Source of the DNA: a virus
IMG/VR virus record: IMGVR_UViG_3300032164_000009
Coordinates: 3,004-67,003 of that record
DNA: 64,000 nucleotides
Direction: 5' to 3' (one strand)
Below, one piece after another: positions 57,978 through 64,000 of the stretch; position 1 is the first letter of the stretch, and each line of letters begins with the position of its first letter. The notes below the pieces were generated by a model, which was given only the letters and a program-made list of their open reading frames with translations, had not been told where the DNA came from and did not search any database. A program made the translations under genes and the position numbers.

Positions 57978-59999
57978 ATGAGCGCTGGAGCAATCAAAGC
58001 CGGCCGAGCCTTCGTTGAACTCTTTCTCAACGACGGCCTGCTTATCAAGGGACTTGCAAGGGCCCAAGCGTTGGTGGCTGCCTTCGGCAAGAAAATCTCT
58101 TCGATGGGGGCCGCGTTCGGATCGTGGGGAAGCGCGATTAGCGGATTCGGGACGAAACTTGCCGCGATTGGGACGGCCGCGCTCGGCGGGCTGTTCGCCG
58201 CCTCCAAAGTCTTTGCCGACATGAGCGGTAGTCTCACTGATATGGCGGCGCGCACTGGATTGGGCGTTGAGGCGATCCAGGAACTCGGCTACGCGGCCAA
58301 AATGGTTGGAGTATCAATCGAAGATTTGGAATTGGGCATCAAACGGATGCAAAGGAAACTCTTTGAGGGAGCCGACGGGTCGAAGAGTGCGAACGAAGCG
58401 TTAGCACTTCTAGGTTTGACTATTGAACAACTTGCCGGAATGAACCCCGAACAGCAGTTTACGGCCATTGGTGATGCCCTATCGAAGATCGGCGATCCAG
58501 ATATGAGGGCGGGAATTGCTATCGAAATCTTCGGCAAATCGGGAACTAAAATGTTGGGGATGTTTGCCCGCGGGGCGGCCGGCATGGAGGAGTTTCGGAA
58601 GAAGGCCCGGGAGCTGGGAATCGTGTTATCGGCTGAAGATGTGGCCGCCGGAGACAAGTTCGGCGATACGCTCGATACGCTTTGGCAATCGATCAAGGTT
58701 GGCATCGCCCGGCTTGGCGCTGGACTCGCGCCGGCCCTGACAGAACTCTCAATCAAGGTAATGTCCTACATCAAGATCGCGAGCGACTGGATCTCTAAAA
58801 ATAGCGGGCTGGTCGTTTCCATCGCTCAACTTGCGGTCGGAATTACCGCCGGTGGGTTCGCTTTGCTTGCTTTAGGCAAGGGACTCGCCGTCGGCGGCGG
58901 CGGACTGAGCGCTATCGGGGCCATTGTCTCAGCAGCAGCCACGGGTTTCGGCGTGATTCTTTCTCTTGCCGGTGCCCTGCTTTCGCCTATTGGTCTGGTG
59001 GTCGGGGCAATCATCGCCGGTGCTGGCGCGTTTCTGTATTTTTCCGGTATCGGTGGCCAAGTCATCAACTGGCTGATGGGTGCATTTAACACGCTCAAAA
59101 AGGACGCCATCGAATCATTTGGGGCCATCGGCAAGGCCCTTGCTGCCGGTGATCTGGCCGCTGCCGCCAAGGTGGTTTGGGCCCTTATCAAAATGGAGTG
59201 GGTTCGCGGCGTCGGGTTCATTATGGAAAAGTGGGCCGAGGCGAAAGAGGGTTTTCTGAATCTCTGGGCCGATGCGTCGATGGGAATGGCTCGGATGATG
59301 ATTAAGAGTTGGGCACTTGCTCAATCCGCTTGGATCAGTACAACCGCCGCAATGAGCGAAGCATGGACGATCTTCACGTCATGGGTTGGCGACACCTGGG
59401 ACAGTCTAGCGGGGTGGGTGCAAAAACGCTGGATCGATATTAAGGGCCTTGTAGACGAATCGATTGACACGGCCTCGGAGAAAGCCAAGATCGATGTCAA
59501 GACCGGAGAAAGCAAACAGAAGCGAGAAGAGGCGACCGGCAAGGCCCTAGCCGAGACTGAGACTCAGGCCAGGGCCCAAGAGGAAACGGTTGGCAAGGCC
59601 GAGCGAGAAATGCTTGGTGGAATCGACGAGGAGCAAGCCCGCCAGAGGAAAAAACGGGCAACTGCAAGGGAAGCCGAAATCGCATCGGCGAAAGCTGATG
59701 CGGAGGCGGCTAAAAAGGAGTGGGTCGCCGCAGTGGACGCCGCCGGAAAAGCGTCATCGAAAGGGCCGGCTGGGCTTGCCGCTTTCACACCGGAAGGAAT
59801 AGCGCCCGGTGGCGGACTTGATCTGACCGGAGCGGCAAAACAGGCTACAACCGTTGCCGGCACATTCTCCGGCTACGGTGCCCGTGGTCTCGGAGCGGGC
59901 GGCCCTATGGCTGAAATTGCACTCTCGACCAAGGAGTCTGCTCGTATTCTCGGATTGATCGAACGAAAGAATCTCGTCTGGGGGGGAGCGGGTGACTGA
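57978..59999 (+). CDS. Tape measure protein
   Basis: IKAGRAFVEL; DM.ARTG; EIFGKSG; Ala/Gly-rich helices; position. Confidence 0.9.
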   Translation: MSAGAIKAGRAFVELFLNDGLLIKGLARAQALVAAFGKKISSMGAAFGSWGSAISGFGTKLAAIGTAALGGLFAASKVFADMSGSLTDMAARTGLGVEAIQELGYAAKMVGVSIEDLELGIKRMQRKLFEGADGSKSANEALALLGLTIEQLAGMNPEQQFTAIGDALSKIGDPDMRAGIAIEIFGKSGTKMLGMFARGAAGMEEFRKKARELGIVLSAEDVAAGDKFGDTLDTLWQSIKVGIARLGAGLAPALTELSIKVMSYIKIASDWISKNSGLVVSIAQLAVGITAGGFALLALGKGLAVGGGGLSAIGAIVSAAATGFGVILSLAGALLSPIGLVVGAIIAGAGAFLYFSGIGGQVINWLMGAFNTLKKDAIESFGAIGKALAAGDLAAAAKVVWALIKMEWVRGVGFIMEKWAEAKEGFLNLWADASMGMARMMIKSWALAQSAWISTTAAMSEAWTIFTSWVGDTWDSLAGWVQKRWIDIKGLVDESIDTASEKAKIDVKTGESKQKREEATGKALAETETQARAQEETVGKAEREMLGGIDEEQARQRKKRATAREAEIASAKADAEAAKKEWVAAVDAAGKASSKGPAGLAAFTPEGIAPGGGLDLTGAAKQATTVAGTFSGYGARGLGAGGPMAEIALSTKESARILGLIERKNLVWGGAGD

Positions 60000-60808
60000 T
60001 GCCTCCGCCAATCTGTGAAGAGCAGTTTGAGTCGCGTGATCGGACCGAGGGGGCGAACCCGACCGCCACGCTCCGCTACTGGGCGAAGTTCTATGAGGAT
60101 GACACCGACGCCCTGGCAGCGGTCATCGCAGAGAGCCCAACTGAACACGACGGTCTGCTACGCCGCGAAGTCGGGCTCAAGATCGTTGGGCCGGACATCT
60201 GGTCTGGCGATGTGTCCTATGGAAAAGCCTCTTTAGAAGAGGGTTCGTGGGATTTCACCTTTGATGGATCGGGCGGGACGCAAAAGTTTACGCAATCACT
60301 CCGAACGCGATCCAGGACAGCGATTTTTGGTGAGGCCATAGACTTTGAGGGTGCGATTGGAGTTACGGATTCCGGCCCCCAGGGCTGCGACATTCCGATT
60401 CCGAAGTATTCCTTCACCATCGCCTATCGTTTCCCCAGTCGTTTCGTGAATCGGGCCTACGGTGTTGTCTGCGGTAGTTTGGTCGGGATGACGAACGCCC
60501 AACCCTTCTGGGGCTACGCGGCGAATACGCTACTCTACATGGGTCCGACCGGAAAGTTTTCGGGATCGATGAGCGCTGGCAGTCGCCCCATGGCCGTGGA
60601 GATTGGCCACCGATTTGACTTTTCACGGCACATGCAGGTCACGGTCGCAGGGAAGACCGTGACGAAATACGGCTGGGATTATCTCTGGGTCCACTCCATC
60701 GAAAAAAAGGACCCGTCGGGCAAATCGCGGGGCCCAAGGCCCCAGGCGATCTACTGCGAACAGCTTTGCGAGGAAACTAACTTCGCAGCCCTTGGAATAG
60801 GGGTCTAG
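59999..60808 (+). CDS. Distal tail/baseplate protein
   Basis: Follows the tape measure gene; K.GWDYLWV motif. Confidence 0.6.
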   Translation: MPPPICEEQFESRDRTEGANPTATLRYWAKFYEDDTDALAAVIAESPTEHDGLLRREVGLKIVGPDIWSGDVSYGKASLEEGSWDFTFDGSGGTQKFTQSLRTRSRTAIFGEAIDFEGAIGVTDSGPQGCDIPIPKYSFTIAYRFPSRFVNRAYGVVCGSLVGMTNAQPFWGYAANTLLYMGPTGKFSGSMSAGSRPMAVEIGHRFDFSRHMQVTVAGKTVTKYGWDYLWVHSIEKKDPSGKSRGPRPQAIYCEQLCEETNFAALGIGV

Positions 60809-60810
60809 CC

Positions 60811-61563
60811 ATGCCCGATTCCGAAAAGGTCTACCCCGGTGACCCCATCCGATACGATGCCCATCAGCATAACCGGGCCGTCGATGCTGTGCGGGCGGGG
60901 CTCCGGCACGAGCACGATCTTTCCGCACAGCCGGGTCGATACGGCCGGAAGTGCTCCGGCACGATCCCCGTCTTGAACAGCACCGGCAAGGCGCTTGACC
61001 CATTCTCGATTGTGGCCCTTACGGTCCCGATCGTCGGGCCGGATGCGGATGATGATGAATTCAAGCGCGAGCCTGCCCTGACGGGCGTGGTGCCGACCGC
61101 GACAAATCGCGACGTTTTTGCGATTCTCCAGAACGGGGCGGTTGTCGATCAGATTGTGGACGGCATGTTGGTCGGCGTGTCCTTGGTGCAGGTCAAGGTC
61201 AACGACGCGGAGCACGAATACGCAAAGGCCATCACGGGCGAGACGGAACATCTTGAGAGTGATAGCGCCGGGCCTGCGCGCATTCTCTGGAAGGCCGGAA
61301 ACACGGGTGTCGTTGGGGCCGTCGTGCGACTTGGCGCGGCCCCCACCTATGTCTACGCGGTTCAGATGCAAACGGAATTGACCGCGGACACACCCGCGCA
61401 GGGCGACCTGTACACCGACAAGAACGGGCGAAACCTAAACCGCGAGGTGGAAGTCCACGGCAAATTGCTCGGTAGTCAAACTCTTGCGGCTGAGAAGTGG
61501 GGATACGTCATGGAAAACGAGGACGGTGATTGGCTATTGATCGCTGCGGAGTGCCCGGACTAA
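60811..61563 (+). CDS. Tail protein
   Basis: KV.PGDP....A..HN; GPARILW; position. Confidence 0.55.
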   Translation: MPDSEKVYPGDPIRYDAHQHNRAVDAVRAGLRHEHDLSAQPGRYGRKCSGTIPVLNSTGKALDPFSIVALTVPIVGPDADDDEFKREPALTGVVPTATNRDVFAILQNGAVVDQIVDGMLVGVSLVQVKVNDAEHEYAKAITGETEHLESDSAGPARILWKAGNTGVVGAVVRLGAAPTYVYAVQMQTELTADTPAQGDLYTDKNGRNLNREVEVHGKLLGSQTLAAEKWGYVMENEDGDWLLIAAECPD

Positions 61564-62171
61564 TGTTGCTCAACCCCAATGATTGTTGTGCTGGGTGCCT
61601 GCCTTGCAAGGATGGTTTGGAAGGCAGGATATTCCGGATCAACACTGATGGGTTTACGTCAACTCCAGCACCGGGAGAGGGCGATGAATCGCCCTACTTC
61701 CGCGATACCGACGTGGAAAATCTCAACGCCGAACTCGTTTTCAACAGTGAAGACTTTATTTCGGATTACGTGCCAGGGCTAGAGCCCGGTATGGACGATG
61801 ACGGACATTCCGTCTGCGGGCGGGAAACCGGACTTGGGGTTTCTTCTCCGGTCGTGCTTGGAACATTTCAGCGGCAGGAATTTCGGCTTATCGAGGGTGA
61901 ATGGGTTGAGTGGGGAGACCCTTGGCCAATCGAGGTTTCCTGCGGTGCCCTGATCGTGCTCGACAAAACGGCGGACGTTTGGCGATTCCGCCTGACCTTT
62001 GATCCAATTCATGGACTCGCCACCAATTTGATGGTCACGGAAGAGAACATTACGGGCAATTCTTTTGAGTGCGAGGATTACACGGGCGAGATGGAGAAGC
62101 ATGGGGAATGGGACTGGCCGGGAGATACTTCGGCCTTGACCGGAACGCTGGCGATTGAGACAGAGGAATGA
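61563..62171 (+). CDS. Hypothetical tail-region protein
   Basis: NPNDCC start; coupled to neighbours. Confidence 0.5.
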   Translation: MLLNPNDCCAGCLPCKDGLEGRIFRINTDGFTSTPAPGEGDESPYFRDTDVENLNAELVFNSEDFISDYVPGLEPGMDDDGHSVCGRETGLGVSSPVVLGTFQRQEFRLIEGEWVEWGDPWPIEVSCGALIVLDKTADVWRFRLTFDPIHGLATNLMVTEENITGNSFECEDYTGEMEKHGEWDWPGDTSALTGTLAIETEE

Positions 62172-62518
62172 ACTGCCAACTCTCACCGATCGACGCCAAC
62201 GAGCGGGGCGTCCTCTACGGGTGCGAAACCTGCCTGAAGCGGGTTCGCTCGCGCCAATCGCCTGATCGGATCAAGATGCACTGCCGCGGCACCCCGGAAC
62301 AGTGGCGGCAGTCGGTGCGGGCAAGCGTGGTGGCGTGCATCGCCGAAGACGTGTTGCCGGCGGCTCTGGAGCAAGTCGATCGCTGCCTCGCCTGCCCCCA
62401 GTTCCGCGGATGCTGGTGCCCGCTCGTGCCGGGCAAGTGCCGAGAAGATAGTTGGCTGGAGTGGATTCAGCGGGGCCCGTGCGGATTGGCAGAGGCGATA
62501 ATCGAGAAGGAAAACTGA
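62168..62518 (+). CDS. Cys-rich hypothetical protein
   Basis: Multiple CxxC motifs; coupled to neighbours. Confidence 0.5.
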   Translation: MNCQLSPIDANERGVLYGCETCLKRVRSRQSPDRIKMHCRGTPEQWRQSVRASVVACIAEDVLPAALEQVDRCLACPQFRGCWCPLVPGKCREDSWLEWIQRGPCGLAEAIIEKEN

Positions 62519-62519
62519 C

Positions 62520-64000
62520 ATGCCCACGAACCGATTCACTGGCGGAGCCCCCGAGGTCGCGCAAGTTGAGCACGGCACGCCCGTCTACATCGCAGCCGGC
62601 ACGATTCTGCGCGTTTACTTCCGCGATGCCCCCAGCCACTACATCGAATACACCTGCCAGTCTGCCAGCCTCCCTGATTGCGTGACGGCCCTTGCCGCGC
62701 TGTGGAACGCGAGCACCGACCCGCTCTTCATGGAGGTCACGGCGTCGGTTTCCGGCAATCTGCTGATCCTGACAGCGATTACCCCCGGCAAGCCATTCGG
62801 GCCGGTGCTCGTGCACGCATCAGGAACGGTTGACCGGACTCACGCCAAAAATGCCGTCCAAACTGTGGGTCTTCCGCATACGTCAACGGGCGGAACTTTC
62901 GTGCTGACGTTTGAAAATCGAGCAACTGCGCCGCTCTCGTGCTATGCCAGTGCGGGCGAAATTGAAACCGCTCTGGAGGTGGCCACCGGACCGGACTCTG
63001 TGAATGTGCTGGACTTGGGGGACAATACTTTCCGAATTGAGTTTGTCAATACCCTTGGGTTTCAATACGTGAGCCCGCTTACTGCGATCGGCAGTTTGAT
63101 TACATCCGGCGCGATTGTTGTCGGGCGGTTTCAAGCCGGCTCCGCTGGCGTCTCGGCTATTCACACGGTCACGCACCCGACTACAGCGGTTGGCGGAACA
63201 TGGCGACTCTCTCTCGGCGGGCAGGTGACCACGGCCATTCCGTGGGACGCCAACGCGGCTACCGTCGAGGCGGCCTTAATCGCTCTGCCAAACATCGGCC
63301 CGTCTGACGTGACGGTTGCCGGGTCGGGTCCCTACGTGCTCAACTGGCAAGGCAACATGGCGTGCCAGCCCCTTGACCCCTCCACGATCAGTATGCTCTC
63401 GGGCATAGGCTCCATTACCCCAAGCACGATCCGTCAGGGGATCAGCGGAGGTGACGAGACTCAGAGCTACAGGATCAGCCCTCCCGCGACTCAGGGCACC
63501 TATACCGTGGCGTTTCGCGGTTCCACGTCAGAGAGTATTGATTGGGACGCCAATGCGGCCACCGTGCAGACCATCCTGGAAGCCGTCCCGACGATTGATC
63601 TTAATAATGTCGTGGTGACTGTCACTTCAGGGAAATACTGGCTCGCGTTTCAGGGTGACCTCGGGTCTTGCGATCTGCCGGATGTTGTCATCAATTCCAG
63701 CATGACCGGGGCTATGCTGATAGACGTGACGACGCCGATTCCGGGATACGGGGCGAATGAAGTACAAACGATGGTGTTTTCAGGTGCGAACGGAGGCACC
63801 TACACGTTGTCTTTCGGCGGCTATACCACGCCGGTTCTGGAATTGCCCGACCTCTACGCCGGCACGATAATCGGGATACGACTCAGAAATCTCCCGAGCA
63901 TCGGTAATTCCCCTTCAGTGAGGCTTTCCTGCGACGCGCTTCTTACGGAGGGCATGTACACGCTCTCATTCGCCGGGAGCATGGGTGGACGGCCCTGGCC
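62520..64000 (+). CDS. Large tail/virion protein, N-terminal part (runs off the window)
   Basis: ATG 62520 with AAGGA RBS; MPTNRFTGGAPEVAQV; repeated GGT..L...G..T..I.WDA.AA.V..AL modules. Confidence 0.7.
   Translation, partial: MPTNRFTGGAPEVAQVEHGTPVYIAAGTILRVYFRDAPSHYIEYTCQSASLPDCVTALAALWNASTDPLFMEVTASVSGNLLILTAITPGKPFGPVLVHASGTVDRTHAKNAVQTVGLPHTSTGGTFVLTFENRATAPLSCYASAGEIETALEVATGPDSVNVLDLGDNTFRIEFVNTLGFQYVSPLTAIGSLITSGAIVVGRFQAGSAGVSAIHTVTHPTTAVGGTWRLSLGGQVTTAIPWDANAATVEAALIALPNIGPSDVTVAGSGPYVLNWQGNMACQPLDPSTISMLSGIGSITPSTIRQGISGGDETQSYRISPPATQGTYTVAFRGSTSESIDWDANAATVQTILEAVPTIDLNNVVVTVTSGKYWLAFQGDLGSCDLPDVVINSSMTGAMLIDVTTPIPGYGANEVQTMVFSGANGGTYTLSFGGYTTPVLELPDLYAGTIIGIRLRNLPSIGNSPSVRLSCDALLTEGMYTLSFAGSMGGRPW

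Overview
The window looks like a nearly complete, circularly permuted genome of a lambda-like (cos / GpA-terminase) siphophage. The host is probably a member of Planctomycetota; this is inferred from gene families I recognise, not from a search. Almost every gene is on the + strand. Gene order: end of a tail protein, early/accessory genes (HTH, ParB-like, CsrA-like), recombination and replication, a cassette array of DNA-modification genes (three MTases, two HNH insertions, ASCH-like, PAPS-reductase-like), a lysis-like region, large virion proteins, a cos-like site and terminase, an accessory island, then head, tail and the start of the same tail protein. The standout feature lies in the accessory island (45653-47660). 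It is a stand-alone RAMP/Cas7-like gene followed by six non-coding units of GGY-NN pentamers, each closed by a 4-bp hairpin whose arms covary. Decoded by hand (NN dinucleotides reverse-complemented and read as the first two bases of consecutive codons), four of the six units spell conserved segments of a major capsid protein. These segments are homologous to, but different from, this phage's own capsid gene. This suggests a wobble-skipping RNA-guided system aimed at competing related phages. No integrase, reverse transcriptase, tRNA or canonical CRISPR array was seen. All calls come from reading the sequence by eye; no database search was run.
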